A stretch of 64,000 bases of DNA. It comes from Octopus vulgaris (lineage: Eukaryota). Positions 13,630-26,959 of this stretch are shown here, one piece after another. The stretch is taken from assembly GCA_951406725.2 (NCBI GenBank), contig OX597832.1, positions 12,710,001 through 12,774,000 of the forward strand, written 5' to 3'. The notes under the pieces were generated by a model. It was not told the DNA's origin and did no database searches. It worked only from the letters and a program-made list of their open reading frames with translations. How positions within the stretch are numbered: position 1 is the stretch's first letter; each line of letters opens with the position of its first letter. The position numbers were made by a program, and so were the translations under genes.

Positions 13630-14500
13630 AGATGGTGCCTGTCTGCAGTCGGTGAACCCTTTTCTTCGAGTAGTGGCCCTATTTTGTACTGTACTGAAGC
13701 AGATACTTTTGCATGTCTATAGAAGGCTTTAGGGTTTATTTTAATATTTTTATAACCCTGGCCTCTCTCCTGCTCTCTTCTTTTCATCGGTGTGCTTGAG
13801 TTCATTTTCGATCTCGAACAATGTTTGTTGGAGTTAGGGTCGTTTGTTATCCTTTAGTGGCCCGTTCATCCCATTTGAGATTTTTGCTTGTCGCCTCATT
13901 GCAATCCTTCCATCCCTGAGTCTTATATCTTTCTGCTTACTTGGCATTCTCTCTGCAGCACACTTACTCTAGATATCATGCATGATGGTCATAAAGTGCT
14001 GTAGCTTTATGTCAATATCTTCTGGAGAGAGACGAGCAGACCAGTTATGTTCAATGACCTCTTTCTCAATACAATTTCTATCCGCTTTGTGAGAATTCAG
14101 GCCGGAGAGGAGTTGGGTGCTCCTGGTAGCATGCATGCGTGTAGTCTTCTGTAGACCGTACAATGTTAGTTCTATTAAGTTATGGTCCGAGAAAATCATC
14201 GGTGTCACCATAACATTATGGATGAGCGCCGTGTTGTTTGCGACGCAGAGGTCCAGGACATTTGTCCCCGGTGGGCGAATTCTTCATTGGGAATATCTCG
14301 ATGCACACACAGGAATCAATAAATAATAAGGTGAAGATAATGGGTTCAAAACCCATTTGGATACAAAAAGTCGGATGCTTCTCTTCAGACACGAACCCAC
14401 ATGTGACGAATCGTCCTTTGTTGCTATGTTGTAGAACGCAGCAAATTATCTCTTATCACTAATCAGCATGACATCAGTCCATCTATGCTATGGTTTCAGA
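13630..14500 (-). mobile_element. CR1/L2-group LINE ORF2 fragment (APE endonuclease plus linker)
   Basis: FSDHNLIELTL, NPKAFYRHAK and IGPLLEE motifs; stops and frameshifts. Confidence 0.85.
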
Positions 14501-14992
14501 GAGCCTTCAACTATATATTCTGCTGTTTTTTTACTCATATCTATGCTTTAAAATAAGCATTAACAATATATTAGTGTGTCCTGTGTGCCAGTGTATAAAG
14601 GTGTGAATTTGTGTGTATATGTGTATGCATGTGTGTCTATGTGTGTGTGTATTTGTGTGTGTATGTCTGCTTATATGTGTGTGTGCGTGATTGTGTGTAT
14701 GCATGTGTCTGTGTGTGCGCACATTAGCCATGGCGAGAAAAATTTACTTTTTAAGAAATCTCTAATTCCTTGTTAAAACTTTATCTAGTCTTAGTTTTAT
14801 TTTTAGCACGACTCCTGTTAAAAGAGAACGAAAAATAATTAATTATAAATGTTGTTAAAGTTAATTACATCTTAATTAATGATCAATTTCCATTAACAAA
14901 GTTTTTCTCCTATAGTCTCCTAAATATATGTTCCTGAATATTTTTTTTACGCTTTTATTATAAATAAGCAACTCGCCTGAACCTGTCTTTAC

Positions 14993-15271
14993 TTGGGAAA
15001 CATGTATTTTGACATTTAATGGATGAGTCTGTGTTCATTCGAAAAACATCAATTAAGGAAAAATTATAATGAAGATTCAGTAAGAAAAGAAATCTCTCTT
15101 TTCAGATATTCTTCATTTCTTCTTTCTGAAATCCACTTGAATTATATTCTTGAAATATTTTATGTAAGAGGACATTGGCGTACATCATGGTTGAAGTGAA
15201 GGTGGTAGATCAATAATTCAGACCTTTCTTACGCCAGGAAACATTAAGATGGAGTACGTCAATATTAAAGT
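14993..15271 (-). pseudogene. Single-domain FN3 pseudo-exon (279 nt, phase 1-1)
   Basis: 92 full codons in one frame with two stops: FNIDVLHLNVSWRKK...LNLHYNFSLI...CFP. Donor A|GTAAAG; acceptor appears mutated (tttatcg). Confidence 0.6.
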
Positions 15272-15796
15272 CGATAAATATGAGAACATGAGAGATGCAG
15301 GGAGATAGAGGGAGATAGAAAGAGAGAGAGATATAGAAAGTGAGAGATACTGGATAACAGTGAGTGAGAAATGCATAGACTGTGATAGAGGAAGTGTGCG
15401 AAAGAATACAAAAAATCAATACTTTATTCCGAGTGATTGGATAATTTTGAATAGGGTGGAATAAAAATGATGGAATTAGATTTTCCAATAAATAAAATAT
15501 AGAAAATACCAAACACAACAAAATGAATTAATTTGAAAAAGATTTTTTAAAATTTATTTGTTCACGCATCTAGAAAGATAATGCTTTACCATAAATTAAT
15601 AAAGAAAAATACATAACCAAACAAATACAAATTAGCATAGGAAGAAAATATATAATTCAATGGGATATACAATGAACAAAACATGAAAAAATTCAATTGA
15701 ATAAATTTATAGTCAGAAATACGTTGAACACCATTTTCTACTAAAAATATCGTAACTTTATTGTCTTAGTCAAATGTTTTATGTATGCTTTGTTAC

Positions 15797-16195
15797 TTAT
15801 TCTTATATCCAACTTTCGCTACACTAAATGCTTTAAACTATTTCGTCACTGCTCATTCTGTTTTCTAATACCTTCTTGAAGGTCGATAGATTGATGAGTT
15901 CTGAATCATGCTTGAAGCCGCCCATTTTTTATGCGAAGTACGGTCGACCATGTCTTGACCAATTCGTTAATGGTACTTATTTTAACGGTTATGTGGAAGT
16001 AGAATTCAACCTTAGCAAAATAGGATTTGAAATAGGGACATAAAAATACATATTTAAATACCACGAATCCTGGAATTCGTCTATCTGTCTTAGCTTGCAT
16101 TAGAACGCAGGAACTAGCTGTTGTTTCTCGCATGAACGCGCAAGAATGACATGAGTTAATATTTCCATCCGCTTTCTCTTCGGTAAATTTGAAAA
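15797..16195 (-). pseudogene. FN3-like pseudo-exon
   Basis: ORF 15906-16199 contains FYFHITVKISTINELVKTWS (FN3 F/G-strand-like); donor ATA A|GTAACA. It probably extends to about 16970, interrupted by a SINE. Confidence 0.45.
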
Positions 16196-16482
16196 ACACA
16201 TACGTACAACAGAATTTTCTTCGTATTCTTATTATTACTATGATATAATGTAAAATCTAGAATCTAAATGATTTCCTGTTTCAGCAATTAGGTGAGTTCA
16301 AGAATGATTTAAGAGTTTCAGTTGCCACCTTATCATTCTTAGTTATTTTCAGGTGATGTACAATATTATAACACGATTTAACATACACTTCTCGAAGCCG
16401 CTGAATTAATCAGATTCTCTTAGACGTTTTCTAACAATTTGAAACGAAAACAGAATTCGGTACATTATTTATACCTAAAGAA

Positions 16483-16805
16483 ATAGGCATTTCGGCTGCC
16501 CCTACGTTCTGAGTTCAAATTCCGCCGAGGTCGACTTTGCCTTTCATCCTTTCGGGGTCGATTAAATAAGTACCAGTTGCGCACTGGACTCGATATATTC
16601 GACTTAATCCGTTTGTCTGTCCTTGTTTGTCCTCACTGCGTTTAGCTCCTTGTGGGTAGTAAAGAAATGGGTATTTCGTCTGTCTTTACGTTCTCAGTTC
16701 AAGTTCCACCGAAGTCGATAAATTAAGTACCAGTTACGTACTGGGGTCGATCTAACTTACTAGTCCTCTTCTTCAAAATTTCGGGCCTTGTGCCTAGAGT
16801 AGAAA
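16483..16805 (+). mobile_element. SINE family B (Meta-domain-like core), 5'-truncated dimer
   Basis: gcctttcatcctttcggggtcga..aa..agtacca core; the unit is repeated. Confidence 0.88.
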
Positions 16806-17248
16806 AAAAATTCTACCAGCACCCAGAAAATAAAAAAAAATGCAATTTAGAATTGTCTGGAAAAGCTTTTACCGACAGCCAAACTATTTCCTCCTCCAAA
16901 ATAATATGGAAGTTGGAATTTATTCAAACTTCAGAATTTCGTGGATATGAAGAATATTACATTTCCTGTTAGCTTTTCTTGAACTGTTTCTTTTTATTTA
17001 TTTCGTTATTTTAACAGTATATCTTAAACATATTTCCTATAAACTCATTTCTCAGTGTTGAAACTGTAACACTTCATATCTGTAAAAACCTAAGTAAATA
17101 TATGCGAATGTAAATTTACAGATTATTTATGTATTGTGATGATACAGTGGATGCAATATATAGCTAAGTAGCTGCATTTGCTATTAAGAAATGAAACGTA
17201 ATTCCCCTAACGTAACTCCTACTTTAGGAAAATATATACCAGTCAAAT

Positions 17249-17538
17249 GTGGAGGCACATGGCCTAGTGGTTAGAGCAGCAGTCTCACGGCCGAGGGATC
17301 GCGGGTTCGAATCTCAGAGCGGGTGATGTGTGTGTTTATGAAACATCTAAGCTCCACGCGACTCCGGCAGAAGGCAACGGCGAATTTCTGCTGATTCATC
17401 CGCCACAAATTTCTCTCACTCTTTCCTCCTGCCTCATGCAGCTCACCTGCGACGGACCGGTGTCCCGTCTATGTGGGGAACCTATACGCCAAGGAAACCA
17501 GTTCTATGAGCCAGGCATGGCTTGAGAAGGAACAAGCA
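17249..17538 (+). mobile_element. SINE family C-related, tail type 3
   Basis: ggaggcacatggcctagtggttagagc head; 13-bp TSD ataccagtcaaat at 17236-17248 and 17539-17551. A degenerate relative lies at about 39817-40050. Confidence 0.9.
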
Positions 17539-17959
17539 ATACCAGTCAAATACCGATTCGAAATTTTTAATTCTAAAAACATATCCTAAAGGAGAAAAGA
17601 GTTCTAATGAAAAAAAAAACAAAAACAAAAAACAATGATATTTTTATATACAGCTGGCTAGATTGTGTATTCTGCCTTGATATGTAGACATTGACTTTGA
17701 ACCCTTACTTCAGAATATATGGCCTTGTACCTATTTCAATGTTATTATCGTTACTATTGACTTCTTTACATTGTGTGTGTGAGAGAGAGAGAGAGATTAA
17801 GAAAGTGTACATTCACTCCCAACGGATTTTGGTATTAAAACGCCAATAGTTCGTATTTAACTACCATAAGACATTTTGAATATTTTCTATATTTTCTATA
17901 TTTTCTACGACTTCATTGCCTTTATCATTACTATCATCTTTATTATTATTGTTATTGAA

Positions 17960-18001
<42 letters not shown>

Positions 18002-19100
18002 GTAGTTGTTGTTGTTGTTGTTGTTGTTGTGGTAATTATTATTATTATTATTTTCATTATTATTACTTTCGTTTGTTATTGTTGTTGTTGTTAATCCTAA
18101 CCCCCATTAATACGCGCAAAGGTTATGATTTACAAGTGGCTGTGAAGTTAATCAATGGCTAGCATTGAAGACTTATTGATTCACAACATTTAAGATAAAA
18201 TGACCTTATCGAGCTTAATACTTGTGGTAACGTCACCATAAATCACTTGGAATGATATTAAATAACATAAAATACCCAAATATATCCGGAGCAAACCAAA
18301 GTTATGGGTAGAGAATTTCAAGTTGTTTTAGATTTTTTTTTTATAATATTATATTTTGTATTAATGCTTTTGGCGAGGCACGAGGCCAAATTATTCGAGG
18401 AAGCAGTTTTTATTGCCGTTGAGGTTTAGTTATTTCCATCGAAGAGGAGAGGCCGTATGAGACGTGTTAAGTTATTTCGATTCGCTAATGCTGTTTCAAT
18501 TCAAGGCAAAAACAAAAGAGAACGTAATGGTTTAATATACACAACGTTTTAAGTCTTTGAGATATAAAATTATTCGCAAACGGACATTAGCAGACAACTC
18601 TGTTTCTGCTTAAAAGGTAGTTTATATAGTTTTAACTGTGTAGCGGATACATAACTTTTCTTTGATAAAATGCCAATCTATCGCACACAAAATTACCCAT
18701 GAGTATAAAATAATAAAAAAATATGGGCAAATGGTTTTAAAGCTACAGTACTCTCAAATATACGACAAAAGGTTTTGCTACTTTCATCTTGTAGTTTCGT
18801 GAATTAGATTACAATCTATTACTTAAATATCTTGATCTTCATCTCAATCCTCCTTATTCTTCTTCATTGTCTTCCCCACCACCACCACCAGCTGTTAATC
18901 GATACTTATCGATGAATGCCGATACTTAAAGACAAGAAGCGTTTTATCAAAAGTGAGTGCACATTTCTCTGCCGTGCGCTGCAGTCGTCCATCTGCGCAT
19001 TTCAATGTTTAAATTCTTCATGTCGCAATAAACATCGTCTTTTTCACTCAGTAGGGTCCATCCTCATTTGCCCATGATTTAACCTACAACGAGTTATGTT

Positions 19101-19254
19101 AGTGGCTGTGTGGTAAGTAGCTGGCTTACGAACCACATGGTTCTGGGTTCATTCCCACTGAGTGGCACCTTGGGCAAGTGTTTTCTACTATAGCCTCGGG
19201 CCGAGCAAGGCCTTGTGAGTGGATTTGGTAGACGGAAACTGAAAGAAGCCCGAC

Positions 19255-19324
<70 letters not shown>

Positions 19325-19545
19325 ATGTGTGTGTATATATGTTTGCGTGTCTGTGTTTGTCTCCCCAACATCTCTTCACAACATATGCTGTTGTATTTAG
19401 GTCCTCGTAACTTAGCGTTTCGGCAAAATAGATGGAGATAATAAGTACTAGGCTTTATAAAGAATAAGTCCTGGAGTCGATTTTCTCGACTAAAGGCAGA
19501 GCTCCAGTATGGCTACAGTCAAATGACTGAAACAAGTTAAAGAGT
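19101..19545 (+). mobile_element. SINE family A
   Basis: Full-length match to the other copies. Confidence 0.92.
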
Positions 19546-19714
19546 GAATATATTACAACTCGATTTCTTTATATTAATGTTGTTCTTGGCCCTTTCCATT
19601 GATATAATGAGCATGTGTCTAATCACGAACGACGCAGGCTTGTAAATGCTCGTTGCATAACGTTAATTACCATGCTCGTTGCATAACGACGTCCTCAGTG
19701 CTCGAGCTTGAAGA

Positions 19715-19820
19715 GATGGAAAGCAAAATCAACCGCTGCAATATTTCAACTCAGAACGTAAAGACGAACGAAATGCCGCTAAGCATTTTCCCGATGTGCT
19801 AATAATTCTTCCAGCTCGTG
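19715..19820 (-). mobile_element. SINE family B 5' fragment
   Basis: aactcagaacgtaaagacgaacgaaatgccgctaagcatttt is the reverse complement of the head. Confidence 0.8.
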
Positions 19821-20106
19821 GTCTTTCTGCGTTAGAGGATATTACAGTGAGATATTCTTTGCTTTGCAATTTCACCTTCACAACAGCGCTAGTATTGAGT
19901 TCACTTTGCTTATTCTGCGGTCAATTTCGTCAATAAACCACCATACCTACTGACTGTATTGTCCCCATAGTTAAAATTGTGTGCTAGTAGAAATTACTTT
20001 CTTTCCTTTTTAGTAGGTTCAGATTTCTCCCCTAGGCGTATCGTACATTTTCAGTATTACAACAACGACAAAAAACACAAAAAGAAGCTGAACGAAAAGC
20101 GCTTAC

Positions 20107-20480
20107 TTATTTTCTTTAACAGTCTAAATGATTAACTGGGATAGACAACACATTGGTAAGATGATGTAAGAGTCTAATACATTTCCTTCCTGGGGAAAAT
20201 TTAATACTTTACGCGGAAGGATCTAATTTATTTGAAAGCAGTGCCTTTGTGATAAATTTTCTATATCCTCAATGGAGAAAAGGCACAAAGAAAGAAAGGC
20301 TGAGGTAATAAATTCCGGCTAAGACTCCAGAAATAGAAAAGCATATTATTTGACATATTAGATCTCTATGCTTTTACGGAAACGAAATAAATGTGCATCC
20401 AAAATGAATTGCACGAATTGATATTGTCTCCAAGTTGAGATCACACTTTATATTATTAGAATTTTTGGTTTGACTGTTTG
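20107..20480 (-). pseudogene. FN3-like pseudo-exon paralogous to the 12.8-kb exon
   Basis: ISIRAI...CQIICFSISGVL versus ITIR/AI...QRILYLDISGVL at 12.8 kb; donor ATA A|GTAAGC. Confidence 0.45.
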
Positions 20481-20720
20481 TTATAACACTATATCGTGAT
20501 ATATTTTAATTTAATAAATTATTACGTCATGCTCTTCGTTCAAATGGCATTATATTAATAAAATTCTCTGTATTTTTACAAATATCGATTTAATAAATGA
20601 TATATAATATTATATTTTTTTTTTTACCTAAAAACACACTTTAACAATATTTCTTCTTTGAATTGAACTCTATTTCACATTTACTGTCAATATTTTTTTA
20701 AGGGATTTGACAATGTATAC

Positions 20721-20969
20721 CAGCAATGAAGCTGGACCAAACTAAACTACTTTCAAATCACTTTCATCGCCAGAGTGTGTTTCAGTGATTTTTTTCACTT
20801 CCTGGTCTCAAATCTATGATACAATACTAGTTAAGAACTGTAGTTCATGCTTTGGGCTCCGATGAAGCATTATGTTATTTACTCAGGTACTGAACTAAGA
20901 GTCGAACGCTTCCTATACCGGAAGCAACAGTGAGCTAATGCACTTCGTAACATAATCGATCATTCTTTT
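20721..20969 (-). pseudogene. FN3 pseudo-exon (249 nt, phase 1-1)
   Basis: Contains YCIIDLRPGSE followed (frameshifted) by KITETHSGDESDL, matching the FN3 pattern Y-x-I-x-x-L-x-P-G-x-x-Y...SG..ES. AG/GT ends; several stops. Confidence 0.6.
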
Positions 20970-21229
20970 CTAATATATATGTATATATGTATATATATAT
21001 ATATTTAAACAATTATTAACTTCCTCATCTCCATTTTCTTTCTACTTTCAAATGGATATACACTATATGCTTAGTTTATAAGAGTGTTTTAGGAGAATTA
21101 CCTTTCCCCAAAATATTAGATATTGAACTACTATTTCCTTGGATGCAACTATCCCTTCACGATTTTATATGTGTGTATATATATATACATTTTTATATGT
21201 ATATATATGTGTGTGTGCGTGTATATATA

Positions 21230-21435
21230 TGTGACCTCGTCTGTACCACTAGCGATTTTTTCCCCTGTCTTCCCTTCTCGGGATCTTTCCTTCTCCTATG
21301 CTTCCGACGAAGAGCTCCGCTCGAAACTTCAAACCCTCTTTCTTCCCTTCTCTCCTGAGCGTCCAATAATACTTTATTTGTTCCACGTCCTTGCGTTGTT
21401 GTTTTTTTTGTTTTTGTTTTCTTGTTTGGATTAAC
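21230..21435 (+). mobile_element. Penelope-like terminal repeat fragment with a degenerate minimal hammerhead
   Basis: Pyrimidine-rich tract with CCGACGA-A-GAGC-tcc-GCTC-GAAAC-TTC (21304-21330), between TA microsatellites. Confidence 0.65.
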
Positions 21436-21766
<331 letters not shown>

Positions 21767-22521
21767 GATTTTATGTTGTCACAAGGGTGTGGTATAAATA
21801 ATTTATAACGTCTGACACTTTTCAATTGCGCTTTAAACCTAAAGCTTCGCCTTTGTCACATTTGTAATGTTTTTGATATAATAAATTACTTCATTACAAT
21901 ACTTGTATTCACAAATCTTTTTCTCTCGAGTACGAATACACTGGTTTCTTATTTATATTTTCTTAAGTTACACTCTCTCGTCGCTTTTCTTCCTGCTCAA
22001 CACAGACACACATTCATACATACGCATACTCTTATATATGTGTGTGTATGTCTGAGCGTGTGTGTGTATTCAATGATTTATATGTTTAATTCTATACCTT
22101 ATTCATATATTCATACACAAAATTATAAATATTCATAAATGTTGCTTTGCATATCTATGTACCTTTCCAATCTTGTTTTTCAAACTCCACTCATTAGTAA
22201 TTCAATTGGCATTAATCAACTGACATTCAGTATTAAGATGGATGTAGAAAATAATTAATATAACATGTGAATACCGTTGGAGTATTTTATTCAGTTTTAG
22301 TGCCTTACTATAGTCTTATCAAAGATTTAATTCACTTATAATCTATTCTTTACGGTGAAAGGGACATAAATAGGAATAAATATACGCTTTGTTGTGACAT
22401 TTTATATTGAGGCTGAGGTAGATTTTGTTATTTGATTCTTTTAAGAAATCCTGCAACAAAATTGTATTGGAAAAGGGTCCTTATGTCGATGAGAAATAGA
22501 ACGATAACTTATACACCAATA

Positions 22522-22795
22522 TTATTACCTCCGCCTTCGCTAAGGCGGAGGTATTGTTTACGGTCGTGTGTGTTTGTTTATCTATTTGTTTGTTCGTGGG
22601 CAAGCTATTTCAAGAATCGCTGGATGGATTCGAATGGAATTTTGGCCTCGTGATTGGCACGAACTGATTAAATTTTCGGATCCATCCGGTACCGGACAAG
22701 GATTCTGCTTTGTTTTGCTTTCTTTACACTTGTAATACCAACATCCTTTCGTTGAAATTTTTGCGGCGTGAGAAGAGGTGATGACTAACATTTTG
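22522..22795 (+). mobile_element. Helentron-associated (DINE-1/HINE-like) non-autonomous element
   Basis: TT-flanked 5' hairpin tacctccgcctt-cgct-aaggcggaggta (22526-22553), then a GTTT/GTCT microsatellite-like tract and a gatggatt...aattttgg core. Confidence 0.7.
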
Positions 22796-23203
22796 AACGA
22801 GCAATTCGAGAATCAAATTCATCACGGCAGTTGATATTCTATATACATATTAACCGATGGACATAGGAAAGAACAAAATATATCCATTTGCTCATATATC
22901 TAGAATGAAAAAAATGTGATCTATGATTCAACGAAGACCATACATTCAATTATCGTGAAAATGACAAACTAAGATTTGAAATGACGTTGCTTTTTAATTA
23001 CTCTATCCCGAAAGTATGTCCACAGTGATTCGTGTTACTTTTGTCTGGCTCCTCAATGCATCATCTCACAGAAGACTATTTCTGCATTAGGAAAATAGTT
23101 TAAAACGCTAGATTCCAAATAATCTTGATTTCGTTATATGTGTTTGTGTTGGCGCGCGCTAGTTGTAATATACATATAACTGCGAAGATATATGAATACA
23201 AAC

Positions 23204-23236
<33 letters not shown>

Positions 23237-23395
23237 TATTATTACTATTATTATTATTATTATCAGTATTGTTGTTGTTGTTGTTATTATTATATACATA
23301 TATGGATATTAATTTTAATAATAATTATTACCTTTGAAGGTTTTTATTCCCATGCTGGCCACTTGATAAGTTCGATATTTAAATATCGATCTTAT

Positions 23396-23472
<77 letters not shown>

Positions 23473-23549
23473 CATACATATATAAAAACATTTATGTGAG
23501 TGTGTGTATGTGTGTGTATGAATACAAACCTACACATACTCACACACAG

Positions 23550-23586
<37 letters not shown>

Positions 23587-23731
23587 CTCATATATGTATA
23601 TATGTATCTTTGAAATTTCTTCAAAGAGACTAAATCTTGATTCCATTGACTTCTTTGCAAACTGCAAAGAGATTTAGATCTTTGAACTCAACTGATTATT
23701 ATTTTCTCTTTTTTTTTTCTGTGTCTTGTAG

Positions 23732-23860
23732 AAAGTCTTATGGCACTCTACTGGAGGCTATTCGGACTGCCTGTGAAGCTGTATCTTAACAGACATGGGC
23801 ATTATCACATTTCTCCTGGCACACGTATTAACGTATATGAGTATCTCAAGCCTGATTGAT
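23732..23860 (+). other. Candidate plus-strand exon, frame and product unresolved
   Basis: actgatt branch-like motif, about 30-nt pyrimidine tract and tag acceptor, followed by GC-richer sequence. Confidence 0.4.
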
Positions 23861-24406
23861 TTTTTTTCTCTAAATAGAAAATGAAACATGAGTTTGCCTT
23901 TCTGATTACGATTATTTTTCATACTTTTTCATAAAATCATGTAAAATAGGTATCTGAATCTTTTGATAAACTTTATTCTTAATTCGTCTGATGGTATTGA
24001 AAACAGTTGTTGGATTCAACGAATTATTCGACATGGCTCTCTCAGACTTCGTTAACTGATAGCAGGGTATTTCCCATTATGCTTGAAAATATATGCAGTA
24101 ATTTGAAAGCAATAGACAGTATCGAATTAAACGAAAACACATGTGTTTTCTTTAATGTTACAATTGAGAAATAGCATCTTTCTGACATTCAGAATATATT
24201 TTAGGTCGAATTTGATTTAAAAGTTACAAAATCTACTTTAAAAAAATTTATACTCAAAATTTTCGTCTTCGAAATTTTCTACAATTTTCTTTCCGTGTAT
24301 TTTTTCATTATCGTCATTTAGAAAAAAAATGCTAATTGTGTTGTTTCTAAGAAGCTAAAGTATAATTCAAGGCTCATGCAACACAGCTACACAACGCATA
24401 TGTTCT

Positions 24407-24466
<60 letters not shown>

Positions 24467-24715
24467 TGTAATATTCTGTAATGTATATATATGAAAAGTT
24501 GAATCTCCTAATATGTGACAATATGGAAAGAAAATTCAACCAAATTTAACTAATCTTTTGTAATACAGACATTATTTCTTGCGGATTTCTATGATCTCCT
24601 CTGTGTGTGTGTGCGTGCGTGCGCGTGCGTGCCTATTTGCATGCGTGTATAAATATGTATGCATGTATTAACATTGATAGATATATACAATTATATTTAT
24701 GTACTTTTACATGAA

Positions 24716-24795
24716 AACTAAAATATTCTTTTCTCTCTTTTTCAGGTAAGTTACAAAGTTTATGCAGTGTGTCATGTTGTGGCGGGAAGGTAGGA
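24716..24795 (+). promoter_or_regulatory. Candidate recursive splice site (AG|GTAAGT) with a 44-nt cryptic exon
   Basis: actaaaat branch-like motif, long pyrimidine tract, cag|gtaagt at 24745/24746, downstream donor aag|gtagga at 24789/24790. Confidence 0.45.
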
Positions 24796-26063
24796 ATAGG
24801 CATTGATGCTTTATCTATCTGTTTACAACTTGTTTTTAAATCAATATATACGACTAAATTGCTTAACTAGTAATATGATGGAATTTTCATACGTTTATAT
24901 ATGGTATAAAAACATATATCTTACGTGTTTCCTGAAACGCAAAAATTAATATGTCCTTTTGGCTCGAGGGATATCATGTGGCATTTCTGAATTTGTCTGT
25001 GTTTCGTACATGTGAAACGCGTGATTGGTCTGTTAGTGCACAGTGACAATGTATCACTGTATTAACAATAATCGTTAAACATTCTCAGCCGAATAACAAA
25101 ATGGAATTCTCTCGACCTGATCGGCTCTTCACGTGTTGATGCCTCCGGGACCACTGACTTGAAATGAACCCAGCCGAACCCAAGCCACGATTATCAGGAA
25201 ATATAACACCCTCGCACAAAAAGATATGCTACACATTCATACAAATACTCACATATACATACATACATACATACATACATTTATAAATGCCTGTATACCT
25301 GCACACATGCATACGTAATACATAAAAGCCCTTCGCAGATGCCAAAATGTTTTGAGACGATATCAAATTTGCAATGAAAAAGGCAAGAGCAATGAAGAAA
25401 TATGAAAAAAATCATTCAGAATATATATTCATTATAATTCATTATAAAGCAGGAGGTTAGTATATAGTTCCATTTAAGGCATTTCATCAAATAATACACA
25501 TGTCATATATTTCTTTGAACAAAGATGAATACACATTTATTAAAAATAGACATTTAGGTATTTCGTTCGTAATAATGTTTTCCCTCATCCAAAATGTTAC
25601 ATGTTTAAGTATAACTTAGAATACCTTCCTTATATGCAAGATTTGCTTCTTGTTTCCATAAATAGATAAACTCAATCAATACCTGTTCAAGTGCCAACAT
25701 TTAAGAGTGAATCCGTATACATCTAGAGATAGAAGAATTATATACTGATATAAGAAGATACAATCGAATATGGGCAACAACAAAGCAGCGTATTGCAGAA
25801 ATCGCATTGCATTATTTAGTCGCGTATATTAACGTTCACAGCTCAAATCCTACTGTGGTTTGTTGTTGTCTGTATTCATTTTAAGTTCTAAAAAGTAATC
25901 TCATGAATTAAATAGTGAGATTGATATAATCAACAACACACCTATCAAAAAGAAATAAAAAATCACGTAGCCTTGAAACCAAGTAAGAAGTCCATATAAA
26001 GCTAACTCACGTACACATGTATTCGTACACATATGATATATATATATATATATATATATATAG

Positions 26064-26132
<69 letters not shown>

Positions 26133-26959
26133 TATGTATGTGTATGTGTTTGTGCGTGTGTGTGTGTGCTTCTTAAGAAGTAGCGTGAATTTAATCGCTC
26201 TTTAATGGTTTCTAATAAATTCATGCGTATGTTTTAGACATCATTAATTTTGTTTGCTCAATAAATGCTGTGATTAATATCATTAATTATTGTCGTTTAA
26301 TTATTGTTAGAGAAACGGTTTACGAGTCGTCTAAATTGAAGCATTTTCACCAGATACATATATCATCATATCATGTTATATTTAAATCAACACATTTTTA
26401 GAAAGAATTATAAAAATACTCATTTTATTTTGGTTCAATCAATTAATGTTAGTTAGATCAACGAAAGGTGAAGCGAATGTAATTTAAATTCCTTGCAATG
26501 ATAATATTGTATTACAAGAAAATGTCAATTCACAGTTAAAGTTATGCAAATACAATACATTAAAACATAACGTAAGTTGTATAATATTACAGATATAATA
26601 ATTCATTAAAATTTAATACTGAAAATATTTTGACATATATTTATAAAAGGGGATAATGTTAATAAATTCTATAAATATTTTTAAAGCATAGATTAAAGTT
26701 ATTAGATATTAACAACATTGCAAATTATATAAGATTTCAATGACAGGCTTAAACTGTCGGCTAGCTGCCACATTGGCTTCTTTTAGTGGAATCGAATTTG
26801 ACACCAGCGTTCGAACAAAGAATTCACCAGTTTGAGTATGTTTTCCTCCTCCCTTCAACCACTGTCGGTTGCACTATAAAATACCATTGGCACTACCTTC
26901 CATCCTACCTATAAGATGAACAAAATCAATATTTATATAAATATATAAACGTATCTAAG

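Noticed and set aside
19646-19688. Short direct duplications (also 29160, 38250, 38433, 47590)
   Set aside because: Ordinary slippage or repair duplications.
20123-20155. 33-nt plus-strand coding exon
   Set aside because: Stops in all three frames; overlaps a minus-strand pseudo-exon.
20858-20950. Hammerhead-like ccgatga-gcatta...taatgc
   Set aside because: No GAAAC after the stem; it lies in an antisense FN3 pseudo-exon.
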